From NCBI GenBank assembly GCA_016182565.1, contig JACPGI010000008.1, positions 1 through 38,614 of the forward strand: 38,614 nt of DNA, written 5' to 3'. This DNA comes from a candidate division WWE3 bacterium (lineage in GTDB: Bacteria; Patescibacteriota; WWE3; UBA101185; UBA10185). The notes beneath the pieces were generated by a model. That model was not told the origin of the DNA, ran no database searches, and was given only the letters and a program-made list of their open reading frames with translations. This document shows, one piece after another, positions 19,559 through 27,643 of the stretch (positions are counted from its first letter, which is position 1; the number at the start of each line of letters is the position of its first letter). Made by a program: the position numbers and the translations under genes.

Positions 19559-19789
19559 ATGAATGCCCCAATCACGCATCAAATATTTAACAACATACTT
19601 GTGTTTCTTGACCAAAATCCCGATGGATTACGCTGGTCAGCATTACTTAAGAAAATTAATGAAAACCATCCTGATTTTCATCCAAAAACAATCAACGGTT
19701 GTATTTGGAAAATGGTAGAGAAATATCCCAATAAAGTTTATAAACCATCTAAAGGTGTCTTTCGGCTTTTGAAATATAAATCCTTTTAA
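19559..19789 (+). CDS. small hypothetical protein, probable winged-helix
   Basis: TGtTATAAT 6 nt upstream; PDGLRWSALLKKI...KTINGCIW...VYKPSKGVFRL. Confidence 0.7.
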   Translation: MNAPITHQIFNNILVFLDQNPDGLRWSALLKKINENHPDFHPKTINGCIWKMVEKYPNKVYKPSKGVFRLLKYKSF

Positions 19790-19821
19790 TATAACTTCTT
19801 ATTTTTTGATACACTGAAAGT

Positions 19822-20631
19822 GTGCATAAACGAAATCTTATTCTTCTAGTCATTACAATTTTCCTAATCATTGTTGGAGTTGTGTTTTTTCTTTTAAAAA
19901 ATAAAGAAAATGCGCCTCGATTCATTTCAAATAAAAATGCTCTTATCTGGACTTTTAACGGTGAGTCATGGCAAGTAAATGCTACTCCGCCTAGCTGCCC
20001 AAATCCTCTTATCCTACCTGCACCTGTTGATTTAACTCTTGTTAGTGGAATTTTATACCCCGGACAAGAGCGAGGAGGAGATTACAAACCACATGGAGGA
20101 TTCCGATTTGACAACAACAGCAGCAATGAGGTTAACGTGTACACGCCAATGGACGGTAACCTTTTCAAGGCCGCCCGACATCTGGAATACGGAGAGGTCC
20201 AGTATTCTTTGTATTTTATTAATGACTGCGGCATCATGTATAAACTCGACCACATACTGGAACTGACTCCTAAATTTGAAGCAATACTAAACAACATTCC
20301 AATGGGAGCTGAGGGTGATAGTAGAACAACCGAAATACAACCACAGGTTTTTGTAGCCAAAGGAGAGCACATCGCAACAAAAATTGGATTTGAAAATTTC
20401 CCCGGCGGCTATAAAGATAGAAATATTTTTGTTGATTTTGGTTTATATGATCTAAGAAAAATTAACGGAGTTTATTATGATGATGCTTTTCGGGCAAAGC
20501 ATCCAAATATAAACGAGTATGGCACGTATGCTGTTTGCTGGTTTGATTATTTTTCGAACGAAGACAAAGCTATTGTCCGAAACTTACCAGCCGATGGCAA
20601 AGGGGGAAAAACAAGTGATTATTGTAAATAG
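19822..20631 (+). CDS. membrane-anchored M23/LytM-fold protein with degenerate metal motifs
   Basis: N-terminal TM; HGGFRFD, VYTPMDG, YKLDHI, VAKGEHIA; FVDFG where HxH is expected. Confidence 0.6.
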   Translation: MHKRNLILLVITIFLIIVGVVFFLLKNKENAPRFISNKNALIWTFNGESWQVNATPPSCPNPLILPAPVDLTLVSGILYPGQERGGDYKPHGGFRFDNNSSNEVNVYTPMDGNLFKAARHLEYGEVQYSLYFINDCGIMYKLDHILELTPKFEAILNNIPMGAEGDSRTTEIQPQVFVAKGEHIATKIGFENFPGGYKDRNIFVDFGLYDLRKINGVYYDDAFRAKHPNINEYGTYAVCWFDYFSNEDKAIVRNLPADGKGGKTSDYCK

Positions 20632-20669
20632 ATTTAGTCCATACCTATAGACTACAGCACGTAAACACC

Positions 20670-20698
20670 TTGACAAATCAGCCATTTCATCCTATAGT
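20670..20698 (+). promoter_or_regulatory. sigma70 promoter of the candidate ncRNA
   Basis: TTGACA-17 nt-TATAGT. Confidence 0.75.
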
Positions 20699-20704
20699 AT
20701 TTTC

Positions 20705-20880
20705 ATTCCATGTGTAGCGTAGCTGGTAGAGTACTTAACCCGAGAGGATAGGAAAACTCTTAGAAATGCTTTGCATAACTGTGTAATAGCACAACAACGC
20801 TTTGACTTACACCGCAAGTCAATCTAAGGGAGTCTGTGACTTTGATGTCGTAGACGTGATTGAAACACCAGTCTTGGAGC
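20705..20880 (+). ncRNA. candidate structured ncRNA of unknown family
   Basis: No ORF of 60 aa or more; bounded by a consensus promoter and a terminator; at least seven nested helices including 5'-3' end pairing. Confidence 0.6.
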
Positions 20881-20883
20881 AAC

Positions 20884-20931
20884 AAACAGGCATCTGATGG
20901 AACTTCAAAGTTTCTGATAGATGTCTGTTTT
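20884..20931 (+). terminator. long hairpin terminator of the candidate ncRNA
   Basis: AAACAGGCATCTG/TAGATGTCTGTTT (13 bp) with an inner GGAAC/GTTTC stem, ending in TTTT. Confidence 0.7.
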
Positions 20932-21020
20932 GCATTTACAATCCATTCTGAGCTATAGGTTGATATTATTTGGATCTTAAACTAAAATAGCAACACCAAA
21001 TCCATAAAAGGAGATAGAAA

Positions 21021-21389
21021 ATGGGAATAAACCCTAGAGACATCCTTCAAGCGCAGCACAAAAAATCCCCTAAATTTGTGCTAACAGTAGAATTTGCCTT
21101 ACGACTGGCAGAATTTATAAAGAAGATGCATAACTGGGAATCGATTAAGGGCCTAAGGGATAGATCAAATCTGACTTTTGCCGAGTTTTTCAACAAGCTA
21201 TCCCACAGGGAGAAAACAGTTCTCGGTAGGCTTTTCTGGCAACTGCCATTCTTTAAGGCAATGCCAAGTATGGAATCGGTAGGAAATCTTCGAGAACTAA
21301 CGTTTGAAGAGTTAAGATACGAATTTTCCGATACAACCGCTGCATTTCTTGCAATATCTTTTGGGTGCAAGAAATACAAAAAGAAATAA
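21021..21389 (+). CDS. small hypothetical protein with a possible RNAP alpha-CTD-like domain
   Basis: TTGATA-17-TAAAAT promoter (20960-20988), AAGGAGA SD; LSHREKTVL...MESVGNLRELTFEEL. Confidence 0.7.
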   Translation: MGINPRDILQAQHKKSPKFVLTVEFALRLAEFIKKMHNWESIKGLRDRSNLTFAEFFNKLSHREKTVLGRLFWQLPFFKAMPSMESVGNLRELTFEELRYEFSDTTAAFLAISFGCKKYKKK

Positions 21390-21394
21390 CAACA

Positions 21395-21447
21395 GCAAGG
21401 TCTGCATGTATGAACTAATCCAACATGCAGGCCTTGTTTCGTTTTAT
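21395..21447 (+). terminator. long hairpin terminator, repeat copy 2
   Basis: GCAAGGTCTGCATGT...ACATGCAGGCCTTGT followed by TTCGTTTT. Confidence 0.75.
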
Positions 21448-21523
21448 TAGAACAAATCTTCAAATAAACTCCCCTATTCAAACGATATCTACCCGTACTA
21501 TCCTAGTTTGATACAATCTATAT

Positions 21524-21829
21524 ATGTCTAAAAACCCTATAATCAATGCCCTTAGTGCCTCGGCGTACATTATCTTCATTGTCACTGTTATGACCTTTGT
21601 GACTGAACCTCTAAAGAACAAACCGGATACATTTTTTGCTCCAATCACTTTTTTGTCTGTGTTAACCCTTTCTGTGGCCGTGATGGCATATCTGTTTTTT
21701 TACCAACCTATTCTGTTATTTATCGATGAAAAGAAAAAAGAAGCTGTTGAATTATTTGTTAAAACGGTAGGTATTTTTGCAACTATTACCTCAATTATTT
21801 TAATTTTGCTTTTTTTCGGTTTAGTGTAA
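21524..21829 (+). CDS. 3-TM hypothetical membrane protein
   Basis: Three hydrophobic segments; TGaTACAAT 6 nt upstream. Confidence 0.78.
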   Translation: MSKNPIINALSASAYIIFIVTVMTFVTEPLKNKPDTFFAPITFLSVLTLSVAVMAYLFFYQPILLFIDEKKKEAVELFVKTVGIFATITSIILILLFFGLV

Positions 21830-21855
21830 GGTAACTTTTGTTATAATCAACTGGT

Positions 21856-22038
21856 ATGAAAACAATATTGGTAGACGCAGTAGGAACATTTGTTATAAAA
21901 GGTTTGGGTATATATAAACCCCTATATGAACTCTTGGAGCAATATTTAAACAAAAAATTAGGAGTGAGTAACAACCTATACTTAATGTTGATGTGTTTTG
22001 TTCAGGTTAAGAATACTAAACCAATCCACAACAACTAA
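21856..22038 (+). pseudogene. truncated HAD-family hydrolase fragment
   Basis: Begins MKTILVDAVGTF (HAD motif I-like) but is only 60 aa, with no motifs II-IV. Confidence 0.5.
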
Positions 22039-22140
22039 AGATCGGCTAGTATCCTATAGGTTGCTTAGGTATGAGCTTTCCACTATAATGCAAAAAATCT
22101 AATTAAATGGCCAAAAATCAAATAATGGAGACGAGAAACT

Positions 22141-22341
22141 ATGAAGATCTCACCTGGTTTTACAAAAGTAGCAGTACCAGACGGCGCGCACTTCTTCGCG
22201 CGAGCTGTAAGATGTGACTGCTGTCACACTTTGCTAGAAGGAACAGGGGGAACTCCGCAGGACGCCGAGACAAGAACCCTCGAGCTTGCAAAGAACCATA
22301 TCTGCCCAATCAAGCCCGAAGAGAATCTTGAGAAACCTTAA
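22141..22341 (+). CDS. small hypothetical protein with a possible Zn site (CDCCH...HIC)
   Basis: TTGCTT-17-TATAAT promoter (22061-22089) and GGAGA SD. Confidence 0.65.
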   Translation: MKISPGFTKVAVPDGAHFFARAVRCDCCHTLLEGTGGTPQDAETRTLELAKNHICPIKPEENLEKP

Positions 22342-22413
22342 GAAATAGCTGGGGGTTAATCTTGAACCCACAGTACATCAAAAAGAAATACCAAATCGCA
22401 TTAGGAGAACGCT

Positions 22414-22872
22414 ATGAAAACAACGCATTTTCAATACCCCTGGAATGGGCCTGTCTACAGTTTTGAAGCCCGGGATGCACAACTACTGGATGGTGTAAAT
22501 GTCATCCTGCCTGATGGCAACACTGAAGTCAGAGTAACGGTACTCGAAGATCATTTCCCTACAGTCGGGAAGCCGGTTGAACTTCAGATAAACCAACCCC
22601 ACGCAAAGGTCGTAATTCCTGAAAATGGGTTTCAAGTGAAATTCGATGGGAAATGGAAATCCATTGCAAAACTCGTCAATGCGGCTGCGGCGGTAAATAC
22701 TCTCTTTTCAGTCATCCTCACGCATGAAGAGTATTACCGGCTTAACCTTGGAGGGCTTGACCAAATCAAGTACCTATTCTCCGAGCGCGCCTTTTCACTT
22801 CTGTATCTTTACGACGATTACCGTACAGATGGGCCTTCGCTCGAACTGTTCAGAACCGGAACCTGTCGCTAA
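22414..22872 (+). CDS. hypothetical protein
   Basis: 152-aa ORF with AGGAGA SD and a downstream hairpin. Confidence 0.7.
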   Translation: MKTTHFQYPWNGPVYSFEARDAQLLDGVNVILPDGNTEVRVTVLEDHFPTVGKPVELQINQPHAKVVIPENGFQVKFDGKWKSIAKLVNAAAAVNTLFSVILTHEEYYRLNLGGLDQIKYLFSERAFSLLYLYDDYRTDGPSLELFRTGTCR

Positions 22873-22894
22873 GATTGGCATTCTAGGACATTCT

Positions 22895-22929
22895 AAAACT
22901 CTGTTTGGTACCAAGCTAAACAGAGTTTT
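22895..22929. terminator. bidirectional terminator between convergent genes
   Basis: AAAACTCTGTTTGG-N7-CTAAACAGAGTTTT. Confidence 0.7.
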
Positions 22930-22970
22930 GACTACCAAACATTTAATATCTTAGAAACACCTAATTTAGA

Positions 22971-23912
22971 TCATTTTCTGAAAAGCCACATCAAAATCCC
23001 TTTTTGAATATGAAGCCTATTTTCTGCCTGATCAAAAATCAAAGAATACTTATGTTCTATAGCATCTCTTGTAATTTCATACCCAACATGACAAGGCATA
23101 CAATGCATAATTTTTGCGCTAGGACAGTATTTATTAACTAACTGTGCATTTAGTTGATACGGGGCAAAAACTTTCTTTCTTTGTTCATACTCTTTTTTAA
23201 ACTCACTTTTGATTTTTCCATTTTCAAAAAACTCCATATTCATCCAAGTATCAGTATGCACAAATTGAGCATCTTTTAACCCAGACTTAACATCTTTTGT
23301 ATAAGTCACCATTCCGGTTTTATCTGCAAGTTTATTTAGTTCCACATCAACACTAGATGAGTCTAGTTCAGGTGAAATAATAGTAATATTTATCCCAAGC
23401 AGCGCACATGCAAGTTTTAAAGTATTTGAGACATTGTTTTCTATCCCAAGCCATGCAACCTTTTTTATTTTTTTAATCCCTCCGGCACTTTCTGCCATGG
23501 TCAAAATATCCCCTAGTGCTTGGCAGGGGTGATATTTTTCACTACAAGCATCAATCACAGGGATACTATTCATACTTGCTGCCTTTTCCACATCACTTGC
23601 TTTTAAAGCCCTAAACATAAGAGCGCAACCAAAGCGCATAATTGCCTTTATCTCATCACCAAAATCAGTAAGACTAAACTGAGTTGTTCTACTATCAAGA
23701 AAGATTGCATGCCCGCCAAGCTCAGTCATTGCAGATTCAAACGAAAGTCTAGTTCGAGTAGATGTTTTTTGGAAAAGCATTATAAGTGTTTTATTTTTTA
23801 GGTAGTTTGTAAAAACCCCTCTTTTCCTTTTCTTTTTGATATCTGAGGCCAAGCGCAATATTGTAAGTAAATCCTTGGCAGTATTTTCTTTGAGCGAAAT
23901 TAAGTGTTTCAT
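22971..23912 (-). CDS. argF: ornithine carbamoyltransferase-family enzyme (ArgF/ArcB-like)
   Basis: STRTRLSFE, HPCQALGD, HCMP and QAENRLH motifs. DTWMNME replaces the usual DxxxSMG. Confidence 0.85.
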   Translation of the reverse strand: MKHLISLKENTAKDLLTILRLASDIKKKRKRGVFTNYLKNKTLIMLFQKTSTRTRLSFESAMTELGGHAIFLDSRTTQFSLTDFGDEIKAIMRFGCALMFRALKASDVEKAASMNSIPVIDACSEKYHPCQALGDILTMAESAGGIKKIKKVAWLGIENNVSNTLKLACALLGINITIISPELDSSSVDVELNKLADKTGMVTYTKDVKSGLKDAQFVHTDTWMNMEFFENGKIKSEFKKEYEQRKKVFAPYQLNAQLVNKYCPSAKIMHCMPCHVGYEITRDAIEHKYSLIFDQAENRLHIQKGILMWLFRK

Positions 23913-23917
23913 AAATT

Positions 23918-25087
23918 TTATAAAACTTGGTTTTCCTCCAAAACCTTAAATATATTATTTGAAATTATTTCATTACCTTTTTCAGTTACATGAACCCAAT
24001 CTAGAAAAAATTCTTCATTTTTCTCTCTGGCATCAAAAATGTTTGTTAAATCAGTTGAGTTTACGTTGTATTGAGACTTTAATTTATTTGTAGTCTCAAC
24101 CATAGATGGGTAAGCTTTTGCAAATGCCTCACTAATACCTGTGCCAATCAGATAGTAATTATTTTTAAGCTGAAATTCGTACGGTGTTAAATAAGATCCT
24201 GAATATAAGTTTGGTTGTAGAAAGTGTGCAAATTGGGCTTTGCGGCCAGTGGTAAAGCCTGCAGCCTCCGTAACATTTTTTAAATAATTTGTAAGTAAAT
24301 CTGTTGTGAGTTGATCCACTTTTGAGGCATCGGTCATATGAATAGGTAGAAATCTTGACTCAAATGGATTTAGAAAATATCCAACAAACTTCGACTTTTC
24401 GCCATACTTCACAAAAAGCTTTATGGCAAGTTCTTTGAATTTTCCGGACTCTCTTAAAACTTGGTTATTTTTGCCGATAATATACCCCTCTGGATCATTG
24501 TTATAGATTGATTGAACTACATCGTTTGCGCCATCAAAAAATATTACGATATCACCCTCTTTTATATCTATCGTTTTTAACCTCTCTAACTCCTGCGCCG
24601 AAACCACAGAGCTTGCACCAAAATTTTCGACTTTGTATTTATTCGGATATTTTTCATTTATTTTTTGTTGGAGGTATGAATTTATTGTGTAGTCGTCTGG
24701 CACTTCAGCACAAAAGACAGTTGACGCACCAAACACATATATCATGTGTTCATATTTTTCTGGTTGATGGGAGGTTTTTCGAAGGCCATCTCTTACATTT
24801 AGATATTCAGAACTAAAATCTTTTGGAATAACAAGTCTAGTGCCTTCCGGGGTCAACCAATCAACCAGTCCAAATGTACCATCTATAAATCTGGCAACAT
24901 CATAAGGGCTATTCTTATGTGGCGCTGGTACTGACTTTCTATAGTCTTTATGATTTTTATACTGAGATTCCGGAAAAACTTTGATGTAGACTCTTGCCCC
25001 AAGTTCCAATAACAAGAGAGACAAAGCCAAACTAATAAATACTAAAATAAGTCTAGCGAGAAACTTTTTTAACAAGTTGTTAGACAC
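23918..25087 (-). CDS. membrane-anchored SGNH/GDSL-family protein
   Basis: N-terminal TM ending ELGAR; FGAST (block I), NFG (II), DGAND (III), DWVH (V). Confidence 0.8.
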   Translation of the reverse strand: MSNNLLKKFLARLILVFISLALSLLLLELGARVYIKVFPESQYKNHKDYRKSVPAPHKNSPYDVARFIDGTFGLVDWLTPEGTRLVIPKDFSSEYLNVRDGLRKTSHQPEKYEHMIYVFGASTVFCAEVPDDYTINSYLQQKINEKYPNKYKVENFGASSVVSAQELERLKTIDIKEGDIVIFFDGANDVVQSIYNNDPEGYIIGKNNQVLRESGKFKELAIKLFVKYGEKSKFVGYFLNPFESRFLPIHMTDASKVDQLTTDLLTNYLKNVTEAAGFTTGRKAQFAHFLQPNLYSGSYLTPYEFQLKNNYYLIGTGISEAFAKAYPSMVETTNKLKSQYNVNSTDLTNIFDAREKNEEFFLDWVHVTEKGNEIISNNIFKVLEENQVL

Positions 25088-25102
25088 AAATTTATTTTCT
25101 TT

Positions 25103-25477
25103 CTACCATTGCTTAATAAAATCTTTTTCTACCCAAGTTTTATTTACATCTTCAAAGTAACTTTCGTTGTCATCGTGAGTAAATTTTCTTGTTTTAACTT
25201 CATTAAACAATCGATAAAAAAATGCGAGCGGTGTAAGAATCAAAAAGAAAATAAGTGATAAAAGAAGTTTTGAATTAAATCTTCCTAGGACTTCCGCAAA
25301 CTTCAACCAATAAAAAGAAATTATTTTATTAAGATCAATATAAACTAAATTAATTACTAAAAGTTCGATTGCCAAAACCAAAATCCAAGCAGTATTTGTA
25401 AAATAAAATACCACAAGTAGAGCAAGGATGATGACACTTATTGTTCGGTATGACTCTAGTTCGTTTACTTTTTTCAT
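25103..25477 (-). CDS. SxtJ-like membrane protein
   Basis: WLKFAEVLGRFNSKLLLSLIFFLILTPLAFFYRL...SYF...KQW. Confidence 0.8.
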   Translation of the reverse strand: MKKVNELESYRTISVIILALLVVFYFTNTAWILVLAIELLVINLVYIDLNKIISFYWLKFAEVLGRFNSKLLLSLIFFLILTPLAFFYRLFNEVKTRKFTHDDNESYFEDVNKTWVEKDFIKQW

Positions 25478-25496
25478 ATTTTATTTCTGCATCAAA

Positions 25497-25646
25497 CTAA
25501 AACAAAGTATAAATAAACGGTGAAATAGCACTCCCTGCAGTAAGAACCACTAATACCCCCACAAGCAGTAATACTGCTACCATAGGAAATAACCACCATT
25601 TTTTATTTTCTTTTATAAAACCCCATAATTCTTTAATAGACTCCAT
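25497..25646 (-). CDS. SxtK-like / DUF5989 small membrane protein (49 aa)
   Basis: Not in the ORF track: MESIKELWGFIKENKKWWLFPMVAVLLLVGVLVVLTAGSAISPFIYTLF, with an AGGTG SD. Confidence 0.9.
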   Translation of the reverse strand: MESIKELWGFIKENKKWWLFPMVAVLLLVGVLVVLTAGSAISPFIYTLF

Positions 25647-25667
25647 AAATTCACCTTTCAAAAACAA

Positions 25668-27578
25668 TTAATCAGTTTTACTTGTATCCTCCATACTATA
25701 CTTTTTGTATGTAGTTGGTTGGTTTACCTTGTCAAACAGGTAATTTCCCATCACAAGAAAGTCCATTTCTGTTTTGACAAAACACATGTATGCATCTTTT
25801 GGGCTGCACACAATTGGCTCACCTCGTACATTAAAACTTGTATTAACAATAACACCATATCCAGTTTTTTTCTTGAAGGTATTTATAAGTTTCCAATACT
25901 TTGGGTTAGTTTCTTTACTCACAGTTTGTAATCTTGCCGAATAGTCTAGGTGGGTAATTGAGGGGATGTCGGACCTTGTGAAATATAGTTTTTCCTTTAG
26001 GGAGAGCTTATGAAAATTATCAGGAAGTGGGTTTCGTCTTTTTGGAGCTACATCTGCAACTAAAAGCATATAGGGAGAGGTTCCTTCAAAATCAAAAAAC
26101 TCCTTAGTTTCTTCTTCCATAACAGAGGGGGCAAATGGTCTAAATCCTTCCCTAAACTTAATTTTTAGATTTAATTTCTTTTGCATTTCAGGGTTTCTAG
26201 CATCACCAACTATACTTCGGTTGCCAAGTGCTCTTGGGCCCCATTCCATGCGACCTTGAAACCAACCAACGACTTTACCTTCCATCATAAGACTTGAAAC
26301 CACATCTAGTAGCTCCTCAAAATCCTCGTAGTATTTATATGGTGCATCTTGATTTAAAGCCTCTTTTTCTATATCCTGCTGGGAAAACTCAGGACCAAGA
26401 TAAGACCCGTTCATAGCATCTTTTCCCGTTGTGGTATTTCGTGGTTTATCAAAGGACAAATGATAAGCTGCAAGTGCACAACCCAACGCTCCACCGGCGT
26501 CTCCAGCCGCAGGTTGAATCCACATATTTTCAAATATTTTTTCTTTTGTAATTTTACTTGTAGAAACACAGTTTAGAGCAACTCCTCCTGCTAAACATAG
26601 GTTATTTGATTTGGTTAAACTTTTGGCTGTTCGAGCCATTTTAAGAACTATCTCATCAGTAATTTGTTGGATGGCAAGGGCCAGATCGCAATGGAACTGC
26701 TCCAAAGTATCTTCTTCTTTTTTTCGCCCGAAACTAAATAGCTTTTCCCACCTAGATTCAACGATCATTTTTAAACCGGTACAGTAATCAAAATAATCCT
26801 GGTTAAGCCAGATTGATCCATCATCTTTTATCTTCACTATATGTGTTTTTATTAATTCTTTAAATTTTGGGAGATTCTCAGAAGTCGGATCGCCGTATGG
26901 AGCGAGTCCCATAAGTTTATATTCACCAGAATTTACTTTAAATCCCAAAAAATAAGTAAAGGCAGAATATAAAAAACCTACTGAATTAGGAAAGCTCATC
27001 TCCTTCAAGACCTTTATAGATTTACCGTCACCGTAAGAAATAGAGGCGGTAGCCCACTCACCAACACCATCTATTGTTAAAATAGCTGCTTCTTTAAAAG
27101 GTGATGGATAAAAAGCACTTGCGGCGTGAGATAGATGATGATCAGAAAATAGTATTTTTGGTTGGATGTAAGTTTTGCCAAAAGTTTCTTGGATTTGTTT
27201 TAGCTCCTTATTTATAAGCTCCTTCAAAAATAGCTTTTCTTTGATCCAAACCGGAATTGCCGAAAGAAAAGAAATAAGCCCCTTTGGAGCAAAGGCATAG
27301 TAAGTTTCTAAAAGTCTTTCAAATTTCCTAAAGGACTTATCATAAAAAACGACACTATCAAGGTTGTTTAAGTCTATCTTTGCAAACTCCAAGCAAAACT
27401 TAACGGCATTTGTTGGAAAGGCTGGATCATGCTTTTTTCTTGTAAAACGTTCTTCGTGGGCTGCGCAGATAATTTCACCGTTTTTGAGTAAAGCTGCTGC
27501 GGAATCGTGATAAAAAGCAGATATACCCAATATGTAATTATTATCGGTTAAACTCATCATGTATTTATATATCGGCAT
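25668..27578 (-). CDS. NodU/CmcH/SxtI-family O-carbamoyltransferase
   Basis: ILGISAFYHDSAAAL, EERFTRKKHD, HHLSHAASAF, DGVGE, GEYKLMGLAPYG, AGGVALNC, GPRALGNRS and NTSFNVRGEPIV. True start may be 27560 or 27557. Confidence 0.96.
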   Translation of the reverse strand: MPIYKYMMSLTDNNYILGISAFYHDSAAALLKNGEIICAAHEERFTRKKHDPAFPTNAVKFCLEFAKIDLNNLDSVVFYDKSFRKFERLLETYYAFAPKGLISFLSAIPVWIKEKLFLKELINKELKQIQETFGKTYIQPKILFSDHHLSHAASAFYPSPFKEAAILTIDGVGEWATASISYGDGKSIKVLKEMSFPNSVGFLYSAFTYFLGFKVNSGEYKLMGLAPYGDPTSENLPKFKELIKTHIVKIKDDGSIWLNQDYFDYCTGLKMIVESRWEKLFSFGRKKEEDTLEQFHCDLALAIQQITDEIVLKMARTAKSLTKSNNLCLAGGVALNCVSTSKITKEKIFENMWIQPAAGDAGGALGCALAAYHLSFDKPRNTTTGKDAMNGSYLGPEFSQQDIEKEALNQDAPYKYYEDFEELLDVVSSLMMEGKVVGWFQGRMEWGPRALGNRSIVGDARNPEMQKKLNLKIKFREGFRPFAPSVMEEETKEFFDFEGTSPYMLLVADVAPKRRNPLPDNFHKLSLKEKLYFTRSDIPSITHLDYSARLQTVSKETNPKYWKLINTFKKKTGYGVIVNTSFNVRGEPIVCSPKDAYMCFVKTEMDFLVMGNYLFDKVNQPTTYKKYSMEDTSKTD

Positions 27579-27643
27579 GACAGCTATGACAAGAGGATAA
27601 TTAGTTAACTACAAGTTAGTTTAAACTTACAATCTCAGACACC

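Noticed and set aside
20705-20880. Intron-containing or degenerate tRNA (GTAGCGTAGCTGGTAGAG resembles a D arm)
   Set aside because: No 7-bp acceptor stem, TTC T loop or CCA, and no group I core elements in the right order.
17971-21447. Repeated hairpins as integron attC sites or CRISPR repeats
   Set aside because: No RYYYAAC/GTTRRRY boxes in both copies, no IntI, only two copies 3.4 kb apart, and the U-tracts fit terminators.
25103-27578. Saxitoxin biosynthesis
   Set aside because: sxtI/J/K-like trios are widespread and no sxtA, sxtG or other core genes are present.
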